A stretch of DNA of 64,000 nucleotides from Chloroflexota bacterium (GTDB lineage Bacteria > Chloroflexota > UBA11872 > VXNJ01): assembly GCA_965261345.1 (NCBI GenBank), contig OZ253449.1:1984001-2048000 (forward strand), read 5' to 3'. A program made the translations under genes and the position numbers. Of the stretch, positions 50,487-59,746 are shown one piece after another. Every line of letters begins with the position of its first letter. Position 1 is the first letter of the stretch. Below the pieces are notes generated by a model that worked only from the letters and a program-made list of their open reading frames with translations, was not told the origin of the DNA and searched no databases.

Positions 50487-51634
50487 TTACGCCGCCTCGC
50501 CGGCGGCCGCGGGCATAACCCCGCCCGCGAGAGCCTTCTGAAGGATGTTTAAGGCCGCGTTGTGATCGCGGTCGATATCCAGACCGCATTCACATACGTG
50601 CCTTCTCACCTCCAGGCTCTTTCTGACCATCGCACCGCAACTGCTGCAGCGCTGCGAGGTGTTTCTGGGGTTGACGAATACCAGCTCCCTACCGGCGCTC
50701 TCGGCCTTGTAGAGAAGCTGACTGATGATCCGTCCCCAGCTTTGTTCCAATATGGCGCGGTTCAGTCCGCGCTTTCTGGCCCCGCCCGATCTGGTCATGG
50801 CCTTTTTGTCCAGCTTCTCCACGGCTATATATCCGTAGCACCGGATCAAATCGGTCGTTATCCGATGGCACTGGTTCCTGTCCCTGATCCGGGCCCGCTC
50901 ATGCGCGTTGGCCAGGATGCGACGGCGCTGCCGGAAGCGGCGGCTGCCCTTCTTGCATGCCGACAGGCGCCGCTGCTTGCCGACTATCTCGGCGCGGTCC
51001 ACCTGGCGGCGCTCGATCTTTCGACCCTCACTGGTGGTGATGCGGGCCATAACTCCCATGTCCAGGCCGACCTTGGCCGGGTCATATGGCAACGGCTCCA
51101 TCTCAACCGCGTAGGCCCGGTTCACGGCTATGCGCCGTCCCCGGAAGGCAATACGGATCGTCTTCAGGTCTTCTGAAGGCGGCAGCGCTCGCCCGGTCCG
51201 GATCTTAATCGCCGGCAACCCTTTTACACGGACTGCGTAACCGCGCCCGTCGGGTCTGACCATCGCGGGCGTAGTTTGTTCCAGCTGGATCGTGCGGTAG
51301 CGATGATGCGGCTTATAGCGCGGGAATCCTGGTTTCTCACCGTTCTTACAGCGGCGGTAAAAGGCCTGCTTGGTGCTTTCGGCGCGAGTGAGCGCACCGC
51401 GCCGATATCGACCGACAGGGTCCCCCAGAACGGGTCCTGGCTGCGGGTACGAGTGAACGCCTTCATGCGGTCGAACAGTGAATCGCTATTGCCGCATTCT
51501 TTGTAGGACCGGCGCCATTCTTCCAGTTCGGCGTTGTACAGCTCGGCGCATCCGGAGAGCACCTGGTTGAGCCGATCGCAGCCGCGGCGGCTCAGGAAGC
51601 CGCGCCGCTGGAAGGTGCGGTAGGTGGTCGGCAT
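50487..51634 (-). pseudogene. tnpB: TnpB RNA-guided endonuclease with one frameshift near 51402 (about 382 aa if repaired)
   Basis: N-terminal YRTFQRR..LYNAELEE; joined frame QAFYRRCKNGEKPGFPRYK; RuvC VGLDMG, IAVEKL, DRDHNAALNI; Zn finger TSQRCSSC..CECG. Confidence 0.9.
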
Positions 51635-51908
51635 TTGCCGGTGTTCTATATATATGGGTTCTATTTTTAAGGCCTTAAGTATATATGGTATGTTCGATAT
51701 ACTGTTTGCGCCCATGCGTTCGTTGATATCGTCGGGCGGGCGAGCAAGCAAGACGGCACACCGCCCTCCTCTATGGAAGGCCCTTTACGATCTCGGCGTC
51801 AATTTCCGCTGGTAGTGGGTCTGGTCGATCGGTGGCTGCGATTCGGCGCCGACAATCATGCGTGTGTGAAACCGGCGGGGTTCATTAAGATTCAGTCGGG
51901 TTGGATCA

Positions 51909-51927
51909 AGTTAGGTATATAAGCGCC
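51909..51927 (-). repeat. Terminal inverted repeat, tnpB 5' side
   Basis: AGTTAGGTATATAAGCGCC on the + strand. Confidence 0.88.
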
Positions 51928-51935
51928 AATGCAAT
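51928..51935 (+). repeat. 8-bp target-site duplication AATGCAAT (right copy; contains start ATG 51929)
   Basis: Identical to 50436-50443. Confidence 0.88.
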
Positions 51936-52864
51936 CAATAGACCGCTGGCGCGGGTCGTTGCTGGGACTTGCCTGTGGGGACGCGTTGGGGATGCCAGTC
52001 GAGTTCGCCGATCCGCCGCCGAGCGAACCGGTAATCGACATGATGTCGGGCCGCTCGCGCGGGCAGAAAACTCCCGCTGGCGAGCCGGTTGAAGCTCCGG
52101 CCGGGAGCTGGACGGACGACACCGCAATGACTCTTTGCCTGGCCGAAAGCCTGCTGGAGTGCTCCGGCGTGAACCTGCCCGATCAAATGCAACGCTATTG
52201 GCGCTGGGGTAACGAGGGCCACCTTTCAGCCACCGGGCAGGCATTTGGTATGGGGCCGACCGTCAAGGATGCATTGCGGCGATTTTCGGCCGGGCAAGGA
52301 CCCTGGGGCGATGCCGAAGCGTTGACCAACGGGTCGCTAATGCGGGCGGCCGCCCCGCCGCTTTTCTTTGGCGGGCGCCCCGATCTGGTCCGGGCGGCAG
52401 CAGAATGCTCCACCCCCACCCACTTACATCCGGTGTCCCAGGCCGCCTGTCAGGTTTTTGCAAATCTGCTGGCGATGGCGCTGGCCGGGGCCGGGCGACC
52501 GCAGTTGCTTTCAACCGGTGCCGGCAGCGAGGGCCTGGGTGGCCCCCTGCCTGGCCGGCTTGACCAGATCCTGTCCGGCGACCTGGCCGCGCGCTCAAGG
52601 GATGAGATCTCCGGCGCCAATAACGTCGAATGCACCTTAGAGGCTGCCCTGTGGTCATTTGCGACGACCAACGACTTTGAATCCGGCGCTGTCGTTGCGG
52701 TTGACCTGGGGCTCGATGCTGATACAACTGCATGTGTATACGGTGCCCTGGCCGGCGCCCACTACGGCATCGCGCAGGTCCCCGCGCGCTGGCTGAAACG
52801 GCTTTGCCGGCGAGAGTTGCTCGAACAATTTGCCGAGCGTCTGCATGCGGCCGCCAACGATTGA
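51929..52864 (+). CDS. ADP-ribosylglycohydrolase (DraG family)
   Basis: GLACGDALGMPVE, WTDDTAM, NGSLMR, PTH, LGLDADTT. Confidence 0.92.
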   Translation: MQSIDRWRGSLLGLACGDALGMPVEFADPPPSEPVIDMMSGRSRGQKTPAGEPVEAPAGSWTDDTAMTLCLAESLLECSGVNLPDQMQRYWRWGNEGHLSATGQAFGMGPTVKDALRRFSAGQGPWGDAEALTNGSLMRAAAPPLFFGGRPDLVRAAAECSTPTHLHPVSQAACQVFANLLAMALAGAGRPQLLSTGAGSEGLGGPLPGRLDQILSGDLAARSRDEISGANNVECTLEAALWSFATTNDFESGAVVAVDLGLDADTTACVYGALAGAHYGIAQVPARWLKRLCRRELLEQFAERLHAAAND

Positions 52865-52886
52865 ACCGTAGCCGGCCAATCAACCT

Positions 52887-53375
52887 TCAATTCGGGGGCC
52901 GCATGATGCGAACGTTAAAGTTCCCGTCGCGCACGAAATAGGAACTGGCGATCGTTGACGCCAGCGACGTTCCGAGGGAAACTAGCAACGCTGAGCCGAA
53001 TCCGGCTACCTCCACCCCGGGGATCACTTCGCTGGCCAGAAGCAGCAGCAACGCCCCGAATACAAAGTGGAACAGGCCGAAAGTGAGCAGAATCAGCAGG
53101 CAAGCGAGCGGCCCAAAGAGCGTATATAGGAGCGGGCGCACCAGTATATTGATCGCCGCCAGGATAGCGGCGAAGGCGATCAGGGCGGCAAAGTACTCGA
53201 TCTGACCAAACGGTGGGAGCGAGATGCTGCCCGGGAAAAGGGCCGCCAGCAGGGCTAGCGCCAGGACTGTAGCTGCCGTTTGCACCGCGAATTTAAAGGC
53301 GATGCGATCGGCAAAGGCGCGCGCCGAAAACCCGCTCGGGTCCGGGCCGTCGCCGGTCTGGTTACGCGCTTGCAT
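52887..53375 (-). CDS. YvlD/phage-holin-4 family membrane protein
   Basis: INILVRPLLYTLFGPLACLLILLTFGL, GVEVAGFGSALL. Confidence 0.75.
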   Translation of the reverse strand: MQARNQTGDGPDPSGFSARAFADRIAFKFAVQTAATVLALALLAALFPGSISLPPFGQIEYFAALIAFAAILAAINILVRPLLYTLFGPLACLLILLTFGLFHFVFGALLLLLASEVIPGVEVAGFGSALLVSLGTSLASTIASSYFVRDGNFNVRIMRPPN

Positions 53376-53393
53376 GAAAACGACCGGGCCAAT

Positions 53394-53469
53394 TGGTGCC
53401 GAGAGCCGGAATTGAACCGGCGACACATGGATTTTCAGTCCACTGCTCTACCGACTGAGCTATCTCGGC
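53394..53469 (-). tRNA. tRNA-Phe (GAA)
   Basis: GCCGAGATAGCTCAGTCGGTAGAGCAGTGGACTGAAAATCCATGTGTCGCCGGTTCAATTCCGGCTCTCGGCACCA. Confidence 0.97.
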
Positions 53470-53572
53470 GACAAGTTCCATTTTATTTGGGAATCGGCGC
53501 CGCGGTGGGTGTTCCCGCGGCTGCGCCCCGGGACCTGGAACTGGTTTTTTGGCAACAGGCAATTGGGTGCGT

Positions 53573-54019
53573 TCAGGCCGGGGCGGTAAGCATCAATTCG
53601 CCGACCGCGCGGATTACAGCTTGCAGATACGGGCGCCCGGCGCGGAAGTAGGCATCCAACTGGTCGGCCTGCACCCAGCGGCATCGGTCAATGTCCTCGC
53701 GGCGATCGGGGGTGAGTTGGTCGGTGCGCTTTCCGGCGTAATCGAGCACAAACCAGTGAACCGTTTTTGCAACCGGCTCACCTGAGTAATAGGCAACATA
53801 GGTCGAGTCGCAGAGCGGCGAGCGGAGGGTGAGCAGTTTGGCCGCCAGGCCGGTCTCCTCGGAGATTTCGCGGGTGGCACAGCTTCCACGATCCTCTTTG
53901 CGCCGCAGTTTGCCTTTCGGCACGTCCCAGAGTCCATGCTTGCGAATCAACAACCCGTGCCCCTCGCAGAATACCAGGCCGCCGCACGCCGTCATCTTGC
54001 GCATCTGCGACTTATTCAT
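53573..54019 (-). CDS. Nudix hydrolase
   Basis: WDVPKGK..ATREISEETGL Nudix box. Confidence 0.88.
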   Translation of the reverse strand: MNKSQMRKMTACGGLVFCEGHGLLIRKHGLWDVPKGKLRRKEDRGSCATREISEETGLAAKLLTLRSPLCDSTYVAYYSGEPVAKTVHWFVLDYAGKRTDQLTPDRREDIDRCRWVQADQLDAYFRAGRPYLQAVIRAVGELMLTAPA

Positions 54020-54899
54020 GCATGTGAATTCGCTCGAGAATCCGGATTTGATCGGCGCTCAAATTTTGGAATAGCACCCCGTCAACAATCATGTTGAATC
54101 CCGATTTGCGCTTTTCGGCCTCGTAGGTGTGCAGCGAGAGATCGCGACCCTCGTAGTTAAAGCGCGCGAGCAGGTAGTAAATCACGTTTAGGCGCGCCTG
54201 GTGTTTGTTGTCTGAATCGATGATCACCCAGGGCGCGTAGTCGGTGGAAGTGACCGCGAACATGCGCTCTTTAAAGTACGTGAACATCTGCCAGCGTTCG
54301 GCAACCCGGCGGTCGTTGGCCGAGTATTTCCAATATTTGAGTTCGCTGCTCTGGCGCAGGCGAAATCGCAGATTCTGGGCCTCGCGCGAGACCGAGAGAT
54401 AGACCTTGAGCAGGTCGACTCCCTGGCCGACAATGTTTTCCTCCCAGGCGTTGACGTTGCTTAGGAAATAGTGGTACTGCTTCATCGTGCAATAGCCCAT
54501 CGCCGGTTGCACTAGGGCCCGCGAATACCAGGAGCGGTCAAAGATCGTTAGGGTTCCAGGTTTGGGCAGCATTCGGTGGTGGGTACCCAGCCAATTGCGC
54601 ATCTGCCGGCGAGTTGGCACCCCTTGGGAAATAATCTCGGCACTGCGCGGGTTCAAATAGCGGGTAATCGCCGCCGCGGTTGTGCCCTTGCCGGCCGCGT
54701 CGCGGCCTTCCAGCACCACCGCCACGCGGCGTCCTGCGTCTTCGATCCATTCTTGGAGGCGAAGCAACTGGACCCGCAATTCACGCAATTCGGCACGGTA
54801 GGCCCGGTAGCCAATGTCTCGAAATTCGGGCAGATCGTACGCGATCGTGGTGGTATTGGGGAGGATTCTGGAGTTGGATTTATCCTGCAATCTGTTCAA
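54012..54899 (-). CDS. ppk2: Polyphosphate kinase 2
   Basis: EGRDAAGKG, FDRSWYSRA, WKYS, APWVII. Confidence 0.92.
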   Translation of the reverse strand: MNRLQDKSNSRILPNTTTIAYDLPEFRDIGYRAYRAELRELRVQLLRLQEWIEDAGRRVAVVLEGRDAAGKGTTAAAITRYLNPRSAEIISQGVPTRRQMRNWLGTHHRMLPKPGTLTIFDRSWYSRALVQPAMGYCTMKQYHYFLSNVNAWEENIVGQGVDLLKVYLSVSREAQNLRFRLRQSSELKYWKYSANDRRVAERWQMFTYFKERMFAVTSTDYAPWVIIDSDNKHQARLNVIYYLLARFNYEGRDLSLHTYEAEKRKSGFNMIVDGVLFQNLSADQIRILERIHMHE

Positions 54900-55280
54900 C
54901 TGTCAAGCACTTGTTTTCCGCAGTCCACGGCACGGACCACCGCCACAGGGACAGTGATGGCCAACCGACTGTAATAGCGGCCGCCCCTTTGCACTTTCTT
55001 TTTAACAACATCAGTCAAGCGCCGGACCCACGGACTCTGTGGGGCAGATCGGCGTGTTAACCCAACCGCTCGCGCAATCTCGACTAACCACAGCGGTGAG
55101 CCCGGTAAAGTCACCCGACCGCGAAAGCTAAGATCTGGAGGATTTGTTTGACGCTGCAAAAATTGCCCCTGCGCGGGATTGTCCGAGCCGCTACTCGGCC
55201 TTAAGCGGATCGCCGGTCCTGGCCGCCCGGACCCGCCGGGTCGGGCCGCTCAATGTTCCCAATCCGTAGCTGTCCGAGGT

Positions 55281-56660
55281 TCATTCGTCAAAGTTCTCGG
55301 GCATTAAGACGAATTCGGGATAGGCCTCTATCCCAAGTTCGGCACTGTCCTGCCCAAGCCGTTCGGCATCTGGCGAAACCCGAACGCCGATAAAGAAACT
55401 GAGCGCGTGCCAAAGTCCGAAGGAAACTCCGAATACTGATACGCCGATTGTTGCCACGCCGAGCGCCTGGATCAAGATGTCGGCACCGCCGACAATGCTC
55501 ACCGCCAGGGTGCCCCAGATTCCGGCGAAAAGGTGGGCAGGGATTGCCCCGACCACGTCGTCGACCTTGACCGTTTCTAACAATTTGATTCCCGCGGTGC
55601 AAATTACCGCGCCGATTGCGCCGATCGCGATCGCCCAGCCAGGTTCGGCAATATTGGGACCGGCGGTGATTGACACCAACCCGGCGATGGCACCGTTAAG
55701 GCCCGCAAAAAGATCCGTCCGGCCCAGGACGAATCGCGAGAAGGCCAGGGCGGTAACGACCCCAGCAGCAGCGGCCAAGTTGGTGTTTACGAAGATCTGG
55801 CTCATTGCCACCGCGTCAGCGACCGACCCCAACGCCAACTGCGAGCCGCCATTGAATCCGAACCAGCCCAACCAAAGGATGAATACGCCCAGGGTTACGA
55901 CCAAAATGTTGGACGGCGGAGTTGGCCTGACCCAACCGTCATTTCGAAATTTCCCGAGTCGCGGCCCCACCACTATCACGCCGGCCAGCGCCGACCATCC
56001 ACCGACTCCATGTACGATCGTCGATCCGGCGAAATCTAGGAATCCGAGTTGCGAAAGCCACCCGCCGCCCCAGGTCCAGGCACCAACGATCGGGTAGATG
56101 AACGCAGTCAGGATTAGCGTAAACAGGAAGAATGGCCACATCTTTACACGCTCGGCCAATGCGCCGGAAACGATCGAGGCGGCAGTTGCGACAAAGACCA
56201 TCTGGAAGAACCAGTCCGACATGACCGAATGACCGTTCGCGGTAACTGCCACTAGCGCGGCTTCATCGGCCGCGTCGGCCAAAAGGGCAATTTCGGCAAC
56301 CGATGGGAAATAAGCGATGTTGAAGGACCCAATCCAGTCGCCCACTCCGACGTACATGAGGTTGTAGCCAATAACGAAATAGGCCAATGATGCAATCGAG
56401 TAGATTCCAATGTTTTTCAGGCAGATCATCGATGCATTCTTGGTCCGCACTGAGCCCGATTCCAGCATCGTAAAGCCGGCGCACATCCACATGACCAAGG
56501 CGCCAAATATCAGGAAGGAGAAGGTGTTGAGGACAAATTGTGTCTCGCTTTCGACCGCCGCCGAGGCGGCCGCTGGAGCCAGCAGGATTGCGCTGATTGC
56601 CGCCACAACGCCCAGCGGAGCCCAATGACGCCCGAATGATCGGTGTGATTTAGTCTTCAC
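55281..56660 (-). CDS. amt: Ammonium transporter
   Basis: AGFTMLE, FFQMVF, SGALAER, DFAGSTIVH, GWFGFNGGS, DDVVGAIPAH. Confidence 0.95.
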   Translation of the reverse strand: MKTKSHRSFGRHWAPLGVVAAISAILLAPAAASAAVESETQFVLNTFSFLIFGALVMWMCAGFTMLESGSVRTKNASMICLKNIGIYSIASLAYFVIGYNLMYVGVGDWIGSFNIAYFPSVAEIALLADAADEAALVAVTANGHSVMSDWFFQMVFVATAASIVSGALAERVKMWPFFLFTLILTAFIYPIVGAWTWGGGWLSQLGFLDFAGSTIVHGVGGWSALAGVIVVGPRLGKFRNDGWVRPTPPSNILVVTLGVFILWLGWFGFNGGSQLALGSVADAVAMSQIFVNTNLAAAAGVVTALAFSRFVLGRTDLFAGLNGAIAGLVSITAGPNIAEPGWAIAIGAIGAVICTAGIKLLETVKVDDVVGAIPAHLFAGIWGTLAVSIVGGADILIQALGVATIGVSVFGVSFGLWHALSFFIGVRVSPDAERLGQDSAELGIEAYPEFVLMPENFDE

Positions 56661-56997
56661 GCAGAATCCGCCTTGGATCCACTGCCATTGCCCATAACCC
56701 TGGCGAACAGGCGTGTCGGCACCAGCTTCTACGACCGGGCCCACAATCGTAATTTATCTGCAAACTACGCCTTCGTGATCAGCAACTCGGAACAATTACG
56801 CTCCCCCGGTCGGAGCGATCGTCCGGCGTCCATCCAAATTAAGCACCGTGGCACCCGCAACGGGCGGATTTACCTTTCGGCGTCCCGCGAACGATTGCGC
56901 TGTTTGGGTCATTTCCGCCGTGGATCAAGCCCGGCGGGGACTGCTCCAACCGTTACGATGATCTTTCTTAGACCGGACGCGACAGTTGGCGGTGTCG

Positions 56998-57321
56998 CTA
57001 TTGGATCGGTGAGCGCGGCGTCGCTTCCAGGCGAGTGACCTGAATCAAATCCCGCTCCATCATCGCCTTAACGCGCGGGGCAATGTCGTTCTTCCAGTGG
57101 TCGCTGTTGTAGACCGCGTCGTACAACCGCTCGCGCTCGGTCTCGTTCACAAACCGACGAATCCACACATAGGTGTTCTCATCCTCTTGCCCCGTAAACG
57201 AGCCCAGGATGACCATGCCCTGCTTGGTTTGAAACGGGATGATCTCCTGCTCCATCAAATCAACAAACTCGGCGCGGCAACCTTCGTTGATCGTATATCG
57301 TCGTAGTTCAAAAAACAACAT
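56998..57321 (-). CDS. NIPSNAP family protein
   Basis: FELRRYTI, YVWIRRF, ERERLYDAVY; GGAG RBS. Confidence 0.85.
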   Translation of the reverse strand: MLFFELRRYTINEGCRAEFVDLMEQEIIPFQTKQGMVILGSFTGQEDENTYVWIRRFVNETERERLYDAVYNSDHWKNDIAPRVKAMMERDLIQVTRLEATPRSPIQ

Positions 57322-57378
57322 GTACTCCTGTTCGACTGATACGCGCTAGCGCTCGCCGGCGGTACTGGCAGCCGGAGT

Positions 57379-57400
57379 TTATCCGTTGCTAAACGGATAA
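57379..57400. promoter_or_regulatory. Inverted repeat, candidate operator in divergent intergenic region
   Basis: TTATCCGTT-gcta-AACGGATAA. Confidence 0.4.
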
Positions 57401-57784
57401 GACAAGGTTGACGCGCAATGACGAGGTGGGCCGGCTAACGGATTTTTTGCGCTAGATCGGCGCGATCGCTGCGCCCAACCGCCACCCGTTGGAGGGGCCG
57501 ACCGATGGTCCCTGGACGGTGCTGGATGTTGACGCAATGGCGGCCACCAAAGTTTTCCTTTCCTCTAATCTCAGAGGGCGCTGCCGGGCAATACTTCTAG
57601 TGATTTGGCGGTTGATCTGCCGACAGGGGGAACGTGCAAGTGATATTGCGACGTAGCCGTGCCGCCGTTCACTTTGCCAACACCCAGATGCTCAGCGACG
57701 CTTGCATCGCCCGATCTGGCCGTCCACCGAAGTTGCGGCGATGTTGAATCGGAGCTGGCCGGGCCCGCGGCGGATCTGACCGGG

Positions 57785-59440
57785 ATGTTTCAGCAAACGC
57801 TCATTGAGCTAGGCCTGCTGATCGTGGCAGCCAAACTCGCCGAAGGGGTCCTTGGCCGCCTCGGCTTGAATTCAATCGTTGCCTTCACTTTCGCCGGCGT
57901 GCTGTTGGGGCCAGTTGCTGGGATCGTCAAGCCAACTGCTGAACCCGAGCTCTTTCTCTCGCTTGGCGTCTTCGTGCTGCTCTTTCTGATCGGCCTCGAT
58001 GAAATTGACACCGCCGGAATTCTGGCAACGATCCACGGCCGGTATGTGGCCGTCGCGCTGGGATCGGTGTTGATTTCGATATTGGTGGCGATGCTTGTAA
58101 CTTCCGATTTACTCGGTTTCCCATTCGCGCTCGGCCTCGACTTTAACTACGCCCTGGCGTTGGCCGGGATTTTGTCTCTATCGAGCCTGGGGATCGCGGC
58201 CAAGGTCCTCTCCGACAGTGGGTATCTACGAAAACCGATCGGTATTGAGATATTCACGCTCGTGATCATCGCCGAAATCGCCGCGCTCTTGGTGGTGGGG
58301 TTCACGATTGGCACGCAGGAACATGAATTCGACCTGCTGGGAACCGTCAGGCTGCTCGTTCAAATCGTCGCTTTTCTGGCCGCAGCCTGGTTTCTTTCGG
58401 CGCGGGCCCTTCCGCCCGCGATTGTCTATCTACAACGGATCATCAACGTGCCGCAGCTGTCATTCGGGTTGATGATCGGCGGCCTTTTGCTGGTCGTGGC
58501 CGGTACCGAATTCGTTGGGCTGCATGGTTCGATCGGGGCCTTGCTATTCGGTGCGTCCTTGACCGGGCTGCCGGATCGGGTTCGGCGCGAAATCTTGCCC
58601 GGTTTAAGGAGCGCTGCCGATGGCCTATTTGTCCCCTTGTTTTTTGCTGCGGCCGGCCTTCGGTTCGATCTTTCCTTCACAACCCTGGCGATCGGCACGA
58701 TAGTGGCCTTGGTTTTGGTTCCGCTATTTGGAAAGTTCGTTGGCACCTACATATTTGCGGTCGCAATGAGGCTTCAGAACCCGCTGACGTTGTCAACCGC
58801 GCTAATGGCCAAGGGCGTGACCGAGATTGCCCTGCTGGTCGTCCTGTTCGAATCGGGGGCCATCGACCAGCCCGTGTTTTCGCTGTTGGTGCTGATCATG
58901 CTCGGTTACATCTTGCTGATGCCGCAGTTGATCAGTTTCGCAGTTCGGCATGTTACTTCACGCCACCGTCCTTCCAGCTCCGATGCGATCTCGCGCCCTT
59001 ATATACGCATGGCCTTGACCGGGGTTTCGATCAGCAGCGTGCTGGACCGGACTCAGACTTACTTTGGACCCTCGGCTTCGGTGGCGCAATTGCTGGGTGC
59101 GGCGACCGCGCCCCACCAATCGGACTTCCTGGTGGTTGATGATGGGCAGGTCTGCGGGATCGTCACGTTGGACCGGTTGCACGCGGTTCCGGTTGAAAAA
59201 CGTGCCCAAACCCACCTGGATCGTTTGATCCGCCGCGACATACCGCGCGCCCAGCCCGAGGAATTGGTCAGCGATGTCCTAGAGCGGATGGACGAACAAT
59301 CGGTCGGGATTATTCCGGTTTGTGACCATGAAAACGACAAGTTGCTCGGTTCGATTGCCAGCCATGATCTGCTGGACCTGGTGCTTTTGATAGGCGAGGT
59401 CAACGAAGAAATTGCTGCCAGGGAAAACGCCGCCGGTTAG
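57785..59440 (+). CDS. Cation:proton antiporter (CPA2-like) with C-terminal CBS pair
   Basis: AGVLLGP, LFLIGLDE, IGALLFG, FVPLFF; CBS FLVVDDG.., IIPVCD..LLGSI. Confidence 0.87.
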   Translation: MFQQTLIELGLLIVAAKLAEGVLGRLGLNSIVAFTFAGVLLGPVAGIVKPTAEPELFLSLGVFVLLFLIGLDEIDTAGILATIHGRYVAVALGSVLISILVAMLVTSDLLGFPFALGLDFNYALALAGILSLSSLGIAAKVLSDSGYLRKPIGIEIFTLVIIAEIAALLVVGFTIGTQEHEFDLLGTVRLLVQIVAFLAAAWFLSARALPPAIVYLQRIINVPQLSFGLMIGGLLLVVAGTEFVGLHGSIGALLFGASLTGLPDRVRREILPGLRSAADGLFVPLFFAAAGLRFDLSFTTLAIGTIVALVLVPLFGKFVGTYIFAVAMRLQNPLTLSTALMAKGVTEIALLVVLFESGAIDQPVFSLLVLIMLGYILLMPQLISFAVRHVTSRHRPSSSDAISRPYIRMALTGVSISSVLDRTQTYFGPSASVAQLLGAATAPHQSDFLVVDDGQVCGIVTLDRLHAVPVEKRAQTHLDRLIRRDIPRAQPEELVSDVLERMDEQSVGIIPVCDHENDKLLGSIASHDLLDLVLLIGEVNEEIAARENAAG

Positions 59441-59746
59441 CTTTGGGCCCGCCGGCCAACCGTTGCCGCCCAATCGCTTCGGCGGCTGTGCAGCTCCGAT
59501 ACCCCCTGGCCCTCCGGGGCGCACCGGGAACCGAAAAAACTGCCATAGAGATCCGTTCCTGAGAGCAAGCGGGAATTTACCTGCCACCGTATTGGCCTGA
59601 CCGCGACCTCTGCCCCTGGCCGGTGACGATTGGGTCCTGTCGTCTCCCGGATTGACCAATTGGGCGCAGTTGTGAGCGGCAAGCGGGCAATTGGGCCCCG
59701 GATCTAACATCAACCCGAAATTGAGGGTCGACGATGCCGCGGCAGT

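Larger units (their letters stand above)
50444..51927. mobile_element. Non-autonomous TIR element (IS1595-like ends) carrying tnpB
   Basis: TIRs GGGGCTTATATACCTAACT / GGCGCTTATATACCTAACT (18/19), flanked by exact 8-bp direct repeat; no transposase ORF seen. Confidence 0.85.

Noticed and set aside
50487-51634. Nuclease-dead TnpB (TldR) repressor targeting the ADP-ribosylglycohydrolase promoter
   Set aside because: RuvC D-E-D residues are intact, and the matching sequence is better explained as TIRs because both copies abut an exact 8-bp duplication.
50487-51634. Cas12f/CRISPR system
   Set aside because: No repeat-spacer array or cas1/cas2 seen in the window.
54896-55159. 87-aa ORF upstream of ppk2
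   Set aside because: TTG start, no motif or RBS, Arg/Pro-biased composition; likely intergenic.
57400-57785. c-di-AMP or other riboswitch upstream of the antiporter
   Set aside because: No recognisable consensus by eye.
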